A DNA stretch of 61,954 nucleotides, counting the filler, from Choristocarpus tenellus KU-1152 (Eukaryota > Protista > Phaeophyceae): NCBI GenBank assembly GCA_964200185.2. It is 11 parts of 11 records of this genome, joined end to end, with 100 filler letters (N's around TTAATTAATTAA, not from the genome) between each part and the next. Parts side by side here need not be neighbours in the genome. Positions count along the whole stretch, not along the records: positions 18,397 to 36,250 come from CAXNAD020000618.1; positions 36,351 to 43,315 come from CAXNAD020006949.1; 9 more parts are not named here. One strand, 5' to 3'. The notes below the pieces were generated by a model that ran no database searches, was not told the DNA's origin, and worked only from the letters and a program-made list of their open reading frames with translations. The translations under genes and the position numbers were made by a program. Numbering within the stretch: position 1 is the first letter of the stretch; each line of letters begins with the position of its first letter. Below are positions 27,601 through 40,728 of this stretch, piece after piece.

Positions 27601-30600
27601 TTTAGGACTTTCATGCCTCTGGGTTGAAGGAATATTATGTGGAGTATGTCTAGGCACAGAAAACAGAGCAAACATATTAAGCATCCAAAAGGATGTAGTC
27701 TGATAACATGTGGCTGAATGAAGTTTGTACATTGGGTAGAGTTTGGTCCTAAATTTAGGATCAATAGTAGGATACTCCCTACCCTATCAGAAAAGGTTAT
27801 AAAGGCAGCCGTTTCCTCCTCTTCTCAAGTTGTCTGACCTTCAATGAGGTGTGTCATCCATGTCGTGTTTGATGGGTTAGGAGACACCCTAGCCTCCCCA
27901 GTCCCACTGCCAAAGCTTTCATCCGAGCTCCACTGAACAATGTACCTTGAATTTAGTATAATAAGAGCTGTCAACTCTTGGGGAGGCTGATGTGAATATC
28001 CTGCAAAAGTATTACTCAATTCATGACAAAGAAAAAACTACTGTTTTGTGCTTTGAAGATTGGAGTTATTCCAAATGTGAGGTAAAACTCTAGAAGCCTT
28101 GAGCTCTATAGGCTTCGAAGGAGATCTGCTATGTAGAAAAAGAAAGTGTGGCAAGTATATGGGAAACAAACCCAGTGCTCAACAAAGATGTACAATCTGA
28201 GGCAGTGTTTCTTACAAATGATATATGGGTATATAAATCAGATGGGAAAATGCTGGACATACACATACATATAGGTACTCATGTAAAAGGACCAGTATAC
28301 AAAAAAATAGCTTGCCATAATTCCCAACCAGGAAGTTCTCTGCTTGTAATAATTTTTAAAACTAAATTCCCCTAAGGGGGTTGCCAATAGCTTAAGGAGG
28401 CGTTGAAACCATTCATGAGCTTTGCTGTACGCTTGTCTCCTGTATCGATGCAACAATAACTGAAGAAAAGCAAGTGATCCAACAACAAAAAAATTGTGTT
28501 GAAGAATCGCACCATGAACGGAATACCATGTTCCATAGCTACTCTGTACCAGTGCTGCTCTTTATCGCAATGCTGCGTGCATCTTGCAAACCTGGTTACA
28601 GCTGCGCCACCATCCTGTTCAGGGGGCATCCAGGATACTCCCAGTTCTAAATCAGAGATTACAGACACGCCAACTGACATTGGGGGTCCGGGTTTTCGTG
28701 CTGTAGTGATTGCTGAGAAGGGTGCAGCATGGGCCTGGAGAAGGGATGAGAGCGATAACCATCATTAGAGGGTGATGATGGAGTAGTAAAGGAGGGTTGG
28801 AATATTGGGTATCATATTTTCAGCGAATCACAAAGATATTATTACAAAATATATGTTGGAAACAATCAACTCCTTGCTTAGCAAGGAAGAGGTGTGCACA
28901 GTAGTATTCAGCACCATTCCTATATTGAAATTCAAATATTCAGTCGCACTGGGCACATTTTTGTTAGGAACTTCTGACAGGTGCTAAAAAAGTGGGTACA
29001 AGATCAATTCTTAGTTCCAACTTCCCTATAAGTTTGTACTTTGATGTACTGTTTGTTATTCCATATCTCCTATCATCAAGACAGGTTTCTGCATGGATCT
29101 TCTCATTGACGTTGATTGAAAAAAATTAGGAAACACAGTTTGCGTTTTGTAAGCTAACCTTGCTCCACCCATTAGTATTGAAGGCAGCCACGCGTGCAAA
29201 GTAAGTAAGGCCAGGTTCCAATCCCTTATCAGGTGTCACCTGCAAAGGTGATTGGAATTGGGGGTTGCAACGTCAAAATTTGTTGTGTCAAGGAGTGGAA
29301 ATGCCTGAGTCAAAGTAAAATCAATGAAGGGAATAAACAGTGGATTTCATTTTGGCAGTGTGTCATAATTACAAAAGCTATCCTTAAGGTTCCGAAAGAA
29401 ATCTGTTCAGGATGCCAACTGAAAATTTATCATACATAATAGAGATACAACCAATGCTATATTTAGGTCTGTGTCAGAAATTACATTGTTATGTGCTCAT
29501 GATGTGCTGGAGGAAATGTTACCAGGGAATCAGTGAGGTCGTCTCATTATCTTAGAGGTGCTCATTCTAAAGATGATATCAACATCAAAAACCCTAGACC
29601 TGCTGCAAACGAAGAAACTCTTACTAGAATGGTAGGAAGACCACCCTTTAAAGCTTCTGACACCATGACCCTGGGGTCTGTGCCAGTAAGTGTCCCTGAC
29701 GTGGCAAGGGTGGTCTCCAGACCAGTTTTTGTGCTGACCACCATAGAGGGTGCATCACCAGCAGAAGTAGGGAATGTTACTGCCCAAGTCGTCCCATGGG
29801 CAGCAGGTCCAGCAGAATAAGGAAAAGACGGATGCACTTGTGTGGCACTAGAGGATGAGACCTGTGCAGTGCATATGGTAAGTCTTGGGGTCAGTTTCAG
29901 GAATATTGGTGATGATTGATTAGCAGGATGTGTGGAAGAGTACCCTCTTTCTGGGATGATGAGTTATTTTACTGAGTGAAGAATCCGCAACAGCACACTA
30001 TTATATTCTCTGTAGCGCTCAGTACATGGAGTACTGAGATGTTTCAACCTACACAAGCAAGATGTAACCATTGACAGATCCAAATGGTTGAATCACAACA
30101 AAAACAAAGATGTCAGGACATATATATTATGGGGTTAAATTGTTGTATAGCGCTCTGGTGCTTTTGCAGGAAACACTATGCTGCTGTACAGGACAATGAT
30201 CACCTCAACAGCCCCTAGAGTCGGGATTCCCATCAGAGCCGTTGTCATGGCGGACTTGTCAGCATCCCAGTCAATTTTCTCTGACCAATGACCTTCAAAA
30301 CCAACAAAATAGTACCCTCCCAAATCGTCAGCTCCTGCCACTACCGTGATGGTTTGTACCTCTGCAACAGGGGTTACCTTTAGGCAACAATTGAACAAGT
30401 ACATGGAAAGGAAATATGTTTGAATGTGACAAGGGTTGGAAGGGAAACATACAACATAGTGTAGAGGTTCAGTGATTAGATGTGCATTGGGCGTGGTAAT
30501 GGGCATTTGGTATTGAAGTAGAAGCAACGTTGAACAAAAAAAATCGTGGGTGAAGGTAATCATATTCCTACTATCATTCCAAAATGTGCTGAGAGTATCA

Positions 30601-33600
30601 TTCTGTCGCCATTATCAGGAATGTTCATGTAGGATGATCAGGATACAAGAATCAGGGTAATTGACCCAAGGCACTAACTAGGCGGGAGAATGTATACACA
30701 TTACCTCAGCAGATTCCAGAGGCTTGACATTGATTCCAACAGTTCCCTGGTCAAAGGAGGGACCTGTGCCTTTCACGGCCTCCAACACTGTAGTTCCTAT
30801 GTTTATACCTCGAAGAGAGGTGGCCTATGGAGAAGTCAGTTGCCAATCATGGTATTCATGGGTATAGATGATTTGTGGAGAATTTTTTTTAATGGCCGGC
30901 CTAGTTGGCAATAGCAACACAGGAATGGCTTATCCATTTAACAGCTCATTCATCTACCCAATCACAGGGGGTTCATGGAGAAGCAAACTATTTCTAGCAG
31001 TTTGGGTATGCAACAACCAGCACAGCCATGTAAAGTGACTCCTTCTGCCTTTGTTTCTTCAGAACCATTTGTACACCAATTTGTACACCAATTTCTTAGG
31101 TTATATATTTTCCTTGCGTTCTCTTTCCTACCTGTATGGCCATTAGAGGCTGATCCCCGACATTTGCAATAAATACAACACGCCATGTGCTTGTCACCGA
31201 TGTATCTATCCCAGCTGTAACCTCCTTGGTGACTTCAACCATGCCCACAGTAGCTAATTCTGTGAGAGCGGAGGCAATCCTGGAAGCAGGAGCATTATGA
31301 GGTATAGCCACGGTGAAATAACCCCTGAATGATAGCTTGAATGTCCCTGATACAGCGTTTGAGATTGTCACCACCTGTTGCTCACGGACTCCCTTAGTAC
31401 CATCCCAGTCCTAGCATGGAGCAGCAATACCAATACATTCAAGATAGAGTGAAACAGTGATCCTGAAAGTATTTTTCTGTAGTGAGTCCGACTGTTGCTG
31501 AAGGACAGGATTTTTTTCGTACCATACACCACAAACATAAAGAAAGTGGTACATAGTTCATACTTCAAACAAGGGTACTTTTGGAGGGTGGCTGCCAACT
31601 AATCGAGGAGTCCTTCATTCCGTGAACTAGCCATATGAACGTCAGCTGAGGTATATGATGTAATACGCATTTTAGCGTATGTAATCAACACAAAATACCA
31701 ACTAGACTGTAACCCCGTATAAGATCCTGGGAGGAATACTATGCACAGGGTAATAAATGGAGCATTCTTTCAGTTAAAAATAAAATAAAATTTGAACTGA
31801 ATTTGACATACTAGGGCCATGTGCGCTCTTGTTTGCACTTACCTACTATCTCGATCAAATTTGCTAAATTGAAGTTCAATAGGCTACTATATTGAAGAGT
31901 GAAGGTTTAATTTATTTTCAGATACCAATTTTTCAACATCCTTTCCTTCCCTTCTTTAGCAACTCCCCCCCATCATGTCACAAACGGTCTTATACAAACA
32001 GAGCATTACCAGCGAATACCACTTCCTGCTCTGAAGTGTAGGATGACATCAAAAACTCAAATTTGTCCAAGATAAAGCAATCACTTTGGAACGTACATAA
32101 TCATCACTGCATCAGAAACTTGATATCAGAAAGAAGAATCTCCCATGAAAATATTACCATCAATTATTAAACAACGAAATAACAGAGTCCCACACTCACC
32201 ACACGGTATTTGAGCACTTCCCCCCCAGACAAGTCTGCAGGTGGCGCCCATGATATAGATAGGGTGCTAGGTGAGGCACCCTCTACCTCAACTCTTGATG
32301 GTTCATCCAGCACTCCACTGGGGTGCACCAATGGTGGTGTGGATGCACGAGTCTTACCATAGGAGAGAGAGACTCCATTGTATGCACTGATTCTCACATG
32401 GTATGGAGCTCCCTCTACTAAATCAGTGATCTGTTGTCATGGGTATGTGCAACAAATGTGATATGGAGTAGAGAATATGTTAATGCAGTGCTATCGCATC
32501 TTCTGATTATGGCAAAATGGAATGTAGTGTCACAGTTCAATTGTGATGGCTGCTAAGTTAGGTATCCAGACCAGCTTCTGTTGCTCAAGTGAAGTATATA
32601 TCTGCAAGGTATCTGTATATCCTTGTGACTTCTCTTGTTTTTGAGGTACAAAGTGATGCCTGATGTGATGTACCTTCAAAGTGTCCCCCTGAGTTGTTGC
32701 TTAGGTGCTTCTTTGTTGCTGGAGAAAAACATGATAATCAATTCTTGTGTACGCATATAGTCATGCAATATACTGAAGAGTCAAAGTATCTTACAGGGTA
32801 GAGCCGCGTCCATTTGGGGGTCAAAATCCAATGTTNNNNNNNNNNGGTAGATGCTCTCCCATCTGGTTTTCATAATCTAATGTTGCGATTTTGATGTATT
32901 CTTGGCTATCGTGTTTGTTAGGAAGTGTCAATATCCTTGTTCCGTACATACCTTTTCATAACTTATACATTTTACCAACTCCAAAATATTTCGGAGTAGG
33001 AAAATGTCACCAAAAATCCGTGGGAAGTCAAGCCCTCAACAGACAAACAAGGACAAACTCGTACCCTCTGAGATACTTTCACTTTGAATCATTATTTTTC
33101 TCGCCTTATGTTCCATTTTGGAGGAGTTATCTGAAGCACTGAGGGTAGCTTGCCCCCGTAATGAGGAATCCATGAGCGGGGCCCAACCTGTTACTAATTT
33201 TGTCACATTTGCTGACAGTGACGCACTGAAGTCATTACGAGTTATGCCTGATGTATCGGCTGATAACATGTCCAAGTTTCCAATCTGAGCATATCCAACA
33301 AGCACAGGAGTTTGGATTTCAAGGTATAGGGGTTTGTTAGGGTCCTCATGGTTTTGTGTATAAGAGATACATTAAAACATACACCACAATCCTGTTGTTC
33401 AAAGAAATAATTGATGTAGAAATTCAATATATTAAGATCTCAAATCTATCATGTTCTCATTTTGCAGGTTTTATCTTGAGGGTGATGGCCATATCAAGGA
33501 TCTTGTTGATGAGGTGTAGATATTGTAAAATCTTCTCACCTTGGACAGAAAGACCACAGTCCATTCCATTGTATCTGCCTGGGCCACTGCATATGACTCC

Positions 33601-35867
33601 ACTACATGCCTCCTGACATCCACATCACCCAGGATGCCAGAATCAAGTCTCTCGAGTGCCACCTTGTTTGCAGCATAGAATGAGCTTCACTTAGGCTTGA
33701 AAAATATCTTCGGGGAGAACTGATAACAGTACTTTCCATGTGTAACAATTATTGTACCAGAGTTTGCTGTAATTGGGTTAAATACTAAATTGAAATATAC
33801 AACACTAAAATTGTCATTGAATGCCTTTGATTGTTGAATATGAATCTATACTCTTCTATCCTGAACATCCTACTTCGAATTACTCTAGACTACATTGAAT
33901 TAGTATCCCCACATGTTTCTATATCACACTTAGACTTACTTGCTGCACATTCAAAGAGTTTCTTGTAATCTTGACAGAAAAATATTAACCAGAAATGTCT
34001 ATATTTTTCACTTAGGTTTCGTGTATGATGGTAATACTAGCATAGCTCAGGAAAGAATAAAGAGCATCAGGCGAGATGTCAACAGAGGGAGACAAATGAT
34101 GAAATTATGCAAGACATTTTAGATGCGAGAAAAAGAAAGGTGCAAAATTGATTGAAGAAGAGTGGAAACCTGTGTACGTTTTCCTTTATCCTCAGAAGAG
34201 ATACTGTACAACCATAGCACACAATTTAGTGAGTGTTGGAAAAAATAACACATATCTCCACGACTACAATCTCACTTCCACAGCACTAGCTGAAGCATTC
34301 CATGGAAGGGGCATTGTAGCTTGGTCCATATAGCGCAAGTGGAAGCTCCCAGAAATGGAGCCATTGCTCACCCCCAATGATACTGTCTGTAAGTGGACAA
34401 TACAAGAAGCTCTTGGTTGAGAGACTATGGCAGGAATCGTCAATGTATATTGTTGCCAGCTTTGGGTTCAAACCTAGGAGTTATCAAGGCCATATCCTTG
34501 TACCATTGAATATGAATGACTGCATATCACACGTGTTGACACCTTGCGCCAAGATCCGAGCCTTAAGAAAAGTTGTTGTTTGAACTAGACAATACTAAAA
34601 TAGACATGAGGTCTATGCCAGTATTGAGGAAGGTACTCAATCCAAATGTTTACACTGCCTGATATAATAGGAGCTGTAGCAATTACATAAAAACCTGTGT
34701 CCAAATAGATGCTGCATGGTAGAAGCATTTTCAAGGTCTCTTAAGCAATGTTAAAGCCAACTGAGGAAATTGTCCTTCCACAATTGTACCCTATTCTAAC
34801 TCCTCTTTTTTAGTATTTTTAGATTAGCAAGTACATAAAAAGTCATAATAGATGCTGCATGCCAGAAGCATTTCAAGGACTCTTGAGCAATGTTAAAGTA
34901 GATTGAGGAACTTGTCCTTCCAAAATTGTACCCTAATCTAAGTTGCAGGTGACCTGTCTTGAGTGTCATCAACACCACTACCATTTCAGCTATTGTCAAC
35001 AACAACAAATCACCAGACACTTTTGTAAGATCTACAACCCCTAACCCAAGTTAATGTTTCCTCAGATTAAAAAGTATGCAATGCCATTTACGAAATTTCC
35101 TTATAATCACGAAGCATCTATGATGGTGCACCTGTTGATCGTATCCTGCCCAGCCTTCAATCCACCTCTCTGCCATGACAATTGCATTTGTTCCAGTCAA
35201 AGCTGCACCAACTGATTCCACCTTGCCTGCAAAGTCTGACTTGTTTGATGGAGCTTGGAACTCCGAAGCATATAGGGTGTTATCAGCAGACACGAGTACA
35301 CGGGGACAAAGACCAACCCTGCCCTCCTGACAAGTTCTAGCAGGAATGCTTATGATCCAGCGGTGACCATATCGTCCTACATCTCCTCCCACCTCTTCCC
35401 GTGAGACCATGAGACCGCCTGGGACGGAAGGCAATTTCTTTAGAGCATTCTCAAACTCTCTATTTGAAGCACCAGCTGGGATGGGTTCTGACACCATGCC
35501 CCTGGATTTGGTAGGTATGAGGTCGGATCAGTAGAACATGGGGAGTTGATAGTGTTTGAGAAAGGTCAGTGCATTTGAGCTGCCAAGTTATGGTCAAGCT
35601 TCAAGGAGTTCGGTCAAAATTCTCTGGAGTGGTGTTTGCAAATTGATGTTCTCTCCCATATATATTAAGGCTGTAGTTAAGCTCTGCAATGTTACTACAT
35701 TCAACCCAGCCCACCTGTAGGCAAGGAAGAAGTAGCCTCCAACATCATTTGCCGAGCCTGATACCTCTATTGCCTGTACATCCACTGAAGAGTAAAGGAG
35801 TGAGTCTGATGGAGTAGCTCCAGCTCTGTATCCCTCTACTCCCATTGCATCCCATTCCACCTTGTAC
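18638..35867 (-). CDS. Giant fibronectin type III repeat (titin-like) extracellular protein, internal 34 exons, ~1,848 aa, both ends missing
   Basis: Manually spliced exons: 35715-35867, 35132-35501, 34276-34386, 33540-33662, 33105-33284, 32200-32430, 31132-31410, 30705-30824, 30204-30377, 29625-29861, 29159-29239, 28592-28734, 27839-27945, 27468-27571, 27008-27166, 26588-26792, 26169-26334, 25861-25990, 25331-25486, 24768-24921, 24465-24604, 24142-24278, 23841-23961, 23376-23537, 22983-23150, 22419-22718, 21875-22048, 21302-21376, 20567-20682, 20202-20371, 19828-19928, 19527-19676, 19104-19277, 18638-18811. Phases are consistent throughout. FN3 motifs include LxVSWxPPxxDGG, YxVEW and ITGLxxGxxYYVRVAAxN; there are many NxS/T sequons. 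Confidence 0.92.
32778..33084. mobile_element. MITE family B copy in an intron of the FN3 gene, TSD TGAA
   Basis: tgaa|gagtcaaagtatctt ... gatactttcactt|tgaa; contains a 10-N gap. Confidence 0.9.
34703..34941. repeat. Diverged local duplication (~95-bp similar blocks) in an intron
   Basis: aatagatgctgcatg...agaagcattt...aagcaatgttaaag...ttgtccttcc...ttgtacccta-tctaa occurs twice. Confidence 0.75.
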
Positions 35868-36429
35868 CTGGGGCAATGTGGAGTCGAGGTGGTAGTAGTG
35901 GAGAAGAATATTTTGCATTTGTGTAATACCAAGTATTACTCTCGAGTGAGAGAGAGATTGTAGTGAGAAGGAAAGAAATACATATATATGCGTGGATGTA
36001 TACACAACCTCTATCACTTCAAAAAAAGGTCTGCTTATCAAACAGGTCTGGCCACCCATGTTAACCCACAAGGTTCTAAAACCGGCTTTATATTCTACAT
36101 TCATCGTCCTCATATCTTCTCTCTACAGTGCACTTTCCATACGCAACTTGAGTGATTGGTCTTTGTCTCTCTGGATCTGAACCGAAGACAGCGGGAAAGA
36201 GGATAAGGAAACACAACATTTGTGACCTAATTATTTGATCCTCCCTCCCCNNNNNNNNNNNNNNNNNNNNNNNNNNNNNNNNNNNNNNNNNNNNTTAATT
36301 AATTAANNNNNNNNNNNNNNNNNNNNNNNNNNNNNNNNNNNNNNNNNNNNACCAAAAAAGTGAAAATCGAAAAAAGGGTGAAAAAAGGACGCCGACATCC
36401 CCCTCCAGTTACTTTGACCTTGATGCAGA

Positions 36430-37385
36430 TCAAACCAATTAACGTACACATCCATGGGATCGTATCGTACCTGCTCGCACTCTCAGTACTTCTCCAGCAA
36501 GTAATAGATCGGTATTGGTTCAGATGGCAAACCCAACTGCACGTAAGGTTCGTGTCAAGAAGCATCTTGTAATTGGTCACTTAACCCCAATTTCTGATCA
36601 GATACCACTTACTTTTAGTGCTCTAAATACCGATTCTGCATTGTTTAGTAAAACTCTAGAGGAATTACACCAAGCCTTCAGTAAGACAAATGCGTTCAAA
36701 GATATCACGTTCAATCAGTCACAAGTGTCTCAACTTTTTGACCTCTGTGATTGTTGTAGATCGCTATTTTCGTTGAATGTAGCAGAACTAGGCAGATGTA
36801 CTAAAGCTGAAGCAGAAATTCCTATAGAGCCTGGTACCAAGCCTGTTGATAGGAACCACTACAGAGCAAACCCCCGTACTCAACAAGTGATTGGCTCGTG
36901 TGTTTGCATTATGGAAGAGTAAAGCCTCATTAAAAAACGTGCCAGCCCTTGCGGTAGTCCTGTTACTGTTGTGATGAATCTGATGGCTCCCCACGTTTCT
37001 GTGTATACTATAGGCCGAATGTTAACAAACACCTTGTTCGACAGACTTGGTCTTTGCCTGATATGGAGTCTTATATTGATACCGTGGGTGGTGGTGCCAA
37101 ATTCATTATTGTTTGTGATATTCAGAGGGCGTATTGCCAAATTCCTGTTGCTGAGAGGATGATATTGATAAAACTGCTATTGTCGTTTCCAGAGTCAAAC
37201 CTGTTCTTAAGAGGATGCCCTTTGGGATATCAAATGCTCTCTGACAATTTCAAAGAATCATGTCGTTAGCCTTTGCAAATTTTGGATTAGTTAGTGGTTT
37301 GGTAGTTTACATGGATGATCTAATTGCTTGTTCTCCTACATGGGAAGGGCATCTACACTTACTGGAGCAGCAATTCAAAGCTTTA
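36430..37385 (+). mobile_element. Degenerate Ty3/Gypsy pol fragment (reverse transcriptase)
   Basis: Frameshifted motifs PGTKPVDRNHYR, SPCGSPVTVV, DGSPRFCV, LPDMESYID, DIQRAYCQIPV, RMPFGISNA and YMDD (37308-37319). Confidence 0.9.
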
Positions 37386-37686
37386 CAAGCTTGCTAAGTT
37401 TGTGTGCTTTGCATGCGTGAGTTTGAATCTCACCAGAATCATCAATATGGATCTGTGATTCTGTGGTGGTATGGTTCACTCAGGTAAGGGTGGCGAAGAG
37501 AATCACCAGGGAAGACGGACCAGAAGGACCAAGACGAACGGTAACCGAGAGGATGAGGTTAAGGTTGGAGAAAAGTGCAAGACTGCGTGGACATGCAGGA
37601 AACTGTGGAGCGATGAGAACCTTACGAGAGGGGGATCATTACAAAAGTCAAGACGTGATAGAAAAGAGAATCTTTGATGTGTGACA
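37386..37686 (-). mobile_element. LTR-like sequence plus extended tRNA-Ser(GCT)-complementary tract (diverged copy)
   Basis: 37386-37552 aligns with 58780-58950. The tRNA-like part is 37386-37444. On the minus strand the putative LTR starts TGTCACA at 37686 and ends near 37446. Confidence 0.6.
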
Positions 37687-38197
37687 TCTCTGATTGAAGA
37701 CATGTCCACTACTTGTGGGATTGATCTCTTGGAAAATTCCATACCTCAATTGTTCGTAAGACCCTCCGCTGGAAACGTGGATTCCTGTCAAGGGAACCTC
37801 AATCAGTAATAACATCGTATATGACGTACGGCAATAACTGTATAACAATAGACAAACTCGCTTTCCACATTTAGTTGTCGTAAATGTGAAAGATATATTT
37901 CCAAACCTTTACAAATTGAATAGGAGCTATACTACACTACTTCCATAAAATGTCGAAATTACTATGCGAGATATACGCTGCTGGTATGCGTCCAACCTAG
38001 CTCAGTCCTACACTACAGGGTGAGGAGCTAAGGAAACATCGTCCAATTCATTCATCTGCAATCTTTGCAATACCGTACCATGGAAAATTACAAAACTACT
38101 GTGGAAAATCGAAGGGCAACATATAATCGGAAAACACAATATACCGTCAAAATACAATCCGTATTGTGGAATCAAATCCGTACAAATGACATGACTT

Positions 38198-38530
38198 TTA
38201 GATTATAGAAATATCTTTCACAGTTACGACAACTGTAACTTTTTCAGGGGGTGTTCTGATATTTGATTGACTTTTGTTCAATTTTCCCCCTGTCACATCT
38301 ACAAAATGTCAGAGGGCATAATAGTATATAAGAAATGTCTTTTATGTTAACTGTCGTTATATAGTTATGAAATATATATGGATATATGAACCAATTTTAC
38401 TATTTGTATTATTATGCCCTATGACATTTTGTAGATGCGTCAGGGGAAAAACCAATGAAAACTATTCACATATTAGAATAACCCCTAAAACGAAGAAACA
38501 ATTGTCATAAATATGAAAGACATGAATCTA
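38198..38530. mobile_element. Foldback / long inverted-repeat element (family E)
   Basis: ttttccccctgtcacatctacaaaatgtcagagggcataata (38282-38323) pairs with tattatgccctatgacattttgtagatgcgtcaggggaaaa (38408-38450), and the arms extend outward. A fragment recurs at ~40437-40477. Confidence 0.8.
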
Positions 38531-38687
38531 TTTACAATTTGACTACCAGCTCTGCTGTATCGTTCCCTTCCTGTGCTTCTAACCTGGCTTAGTCCTGCAC
38601 CCCAGAGTGAGGGGCTCAACAGAATCAACAAGAGAGACATAAAGACTATATTGGAATACGAAAATCTCGAAGTTTTGACGAGACATC

Positions 38688-38772
38688 ATGGGTGCGAAAA
38701 AGAAAGGTGGAAAGGGAAAGAAGGGGAAGGGCAAGAAGGGCAAGAAGGAGGAGGTGAAGCAAGAGGAGACAG
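38688..38772 (+). CDS. First coding exon of an unidentified gene with a Lys/Gly-rich N-terminus
   Basis: MGAKKKGGKGKKGKGKKGKKEEVKQEET followed by donor G|GTGAG. Downstream exons not identified. Confidence 0.55.
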
Positions 38773-39922
38773 GTGAGCAAGGGAAGCATCCCACGAATCT
38801 AACAAACCCCTCCTTGCTCATCTTTACTATCAATTATTCTTCATATCATTATCAGAGGTGGGCTTTAAGACTGCGGACGAACGTGCTCTGTGCAGATGAT
38901 GGCACCACAAAAGGTAGTATATAATATGTTATTGATATATCTAGGTATCCAGAAAGGGAAGTGTCAAGGGCTGGGCAAAGGAGGAGACCAAAAGTAGAGG
39001 TTTCCTCTTCGTTGGAGTACGGTACCTCAGCTCTGGGTGCTCATGTGGACATTAGGGTGGCCGAATATTCTTCTCCAATTGACAACACGGCAGCAGGGTC
39101 AGAGAAGTCTACGTTGACTTCTCCTTAATTTGGGTTGAGGGACAGTGTGGTGGTGGTGATTTTTAATGAGGCCACGAAGTCAAAGAAATATTCCTGGGGA
39201 TCATTTGTATGGGTGGTCTTTAACGATTCATCTCCCTTGAGCGAAACAACAAGGAAGGCAGGGTATGCCATCTTGGTCGTCAAGATTGGCAAATAAACGG
39301 AATGCAGGCATCCCCTCAGTCACACCTCCAAGGATGACACATTCGGACCAATTTTCCACCCGACATGTTCCACTAACAGGAACACAATGAGTCGATTAAG
39401 TGATAGGATATTGGCGACAAAAGGCAAGACGATCAGGGCATCAATTATCGGTAGGAGGCAGGATCATGAGGGTGTCATAGTATCGATTAGGTCACGCCCC
39501 TCTTTGTGACAAGTTTATTTTCCTGGATAAATGCTGGTGCCCACAGTTTGGGACTTGTCCCAGCCAACAACTTTCACAATCAACCACCCTGTTGCCCCAT
39601 TTCCACTCAACAGCAGCGAGTGCAGGGACACTAGCATTCACTTGTTTCCTGGAAGATAAAGTGCCCGTTGCACATCACCAGTGATCGCATTGCCTATTTG
39701 TAATCTCGTGTTCAATTTACTCGAGAGAAATGACATCAGAGAACTATACTTCTGCTCCACCAGAATGAACAACAGGGGCTTCTCACCACCCATGCGAACA
39801 AACATAAATACGTAAGTGTTTGAGACTTGAGGGCAGTCTACCACCATGTCAGGAGGGGAGACTCCAAGGGTATCTAGGAGGTTGATTCGTTATATATATT
39901 TAACCACCTTGGAAAACCATGG

Positions 39923-40058
39923 AATTACTGGATCGTATGCAAAAGAGAACTTCCAATAGTCTTTTCATTATGCTGTATGGATGTGTTTATAATTACTGGA
40001 TCGTATGTAAAAGAGAACTTCCAATAGTCTTTTCATTATGCTGTATGGATGTGTTTAT
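39923..40058. repeat. 68-bp tandem duplication
   Basis: Near-identical units 39923-39990 and 39991-40058. Confidence 0.9.
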
Positions 40059-40728
40059 TAGCGGAGTGAGCACAGCCCTCGGTGGTGGGGGTTCTCTCTC
40101 TTATTATCTTATTGTTAATTACATATATCAGCTGACACATCAAAACGTATCCTGCCGTTACGTCGTACAGTGTCACTTATCCTGTAGCTAGTACTGTGTC
40201 AGAACTCCTCCACCAATCCATTTGTATCAGGTAATAAGAAATCAATCATCTGAGATTCGAGCTCATTACCTTAAGCACAAGATCACAAATTAATGACACT
40301 TGTTCCACTTAGTCAACATTGCTATTGTCTAGCGTTGGTCACTAAACACGTATAACCCATATAGACTATCAGCCTATATTGCACAGATCCAACCCCGTTT
40401 TTCTGTCCGTTACCGGTCCTTATGATATTGAATTGGCTTTTTCCCTGATACATCTACAAAATGTCAGAGGGTGTAATGGTTCTCATATAGATTGGGAGGA
40501 GTGCGAATTTTGAGATGGTGGACTGTCATGACTGGAGAATCACTAGTGCAAAGTTGACCTAGTCGCATTGACTAGGCTCAAAAACCTCATGAAACTGTCA
40601 AAGCTGGTGTTTATTGGGGTGCATAGGATGAAGGTCTCCCGTCGTTCAAGCGGCTTGCTCATCCCGTTGTTGCCCATCAGTCCGTATTCTTCAGCCCAGA
40701 AGTCTCTCTGTATTCCAGAGTCAAAAAC

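Noticed and set aside
39923-40058. CRISPR-like or regular array
   Set aside because: Only two adjacent units without spacers; eukaryotic context and no cas genes.
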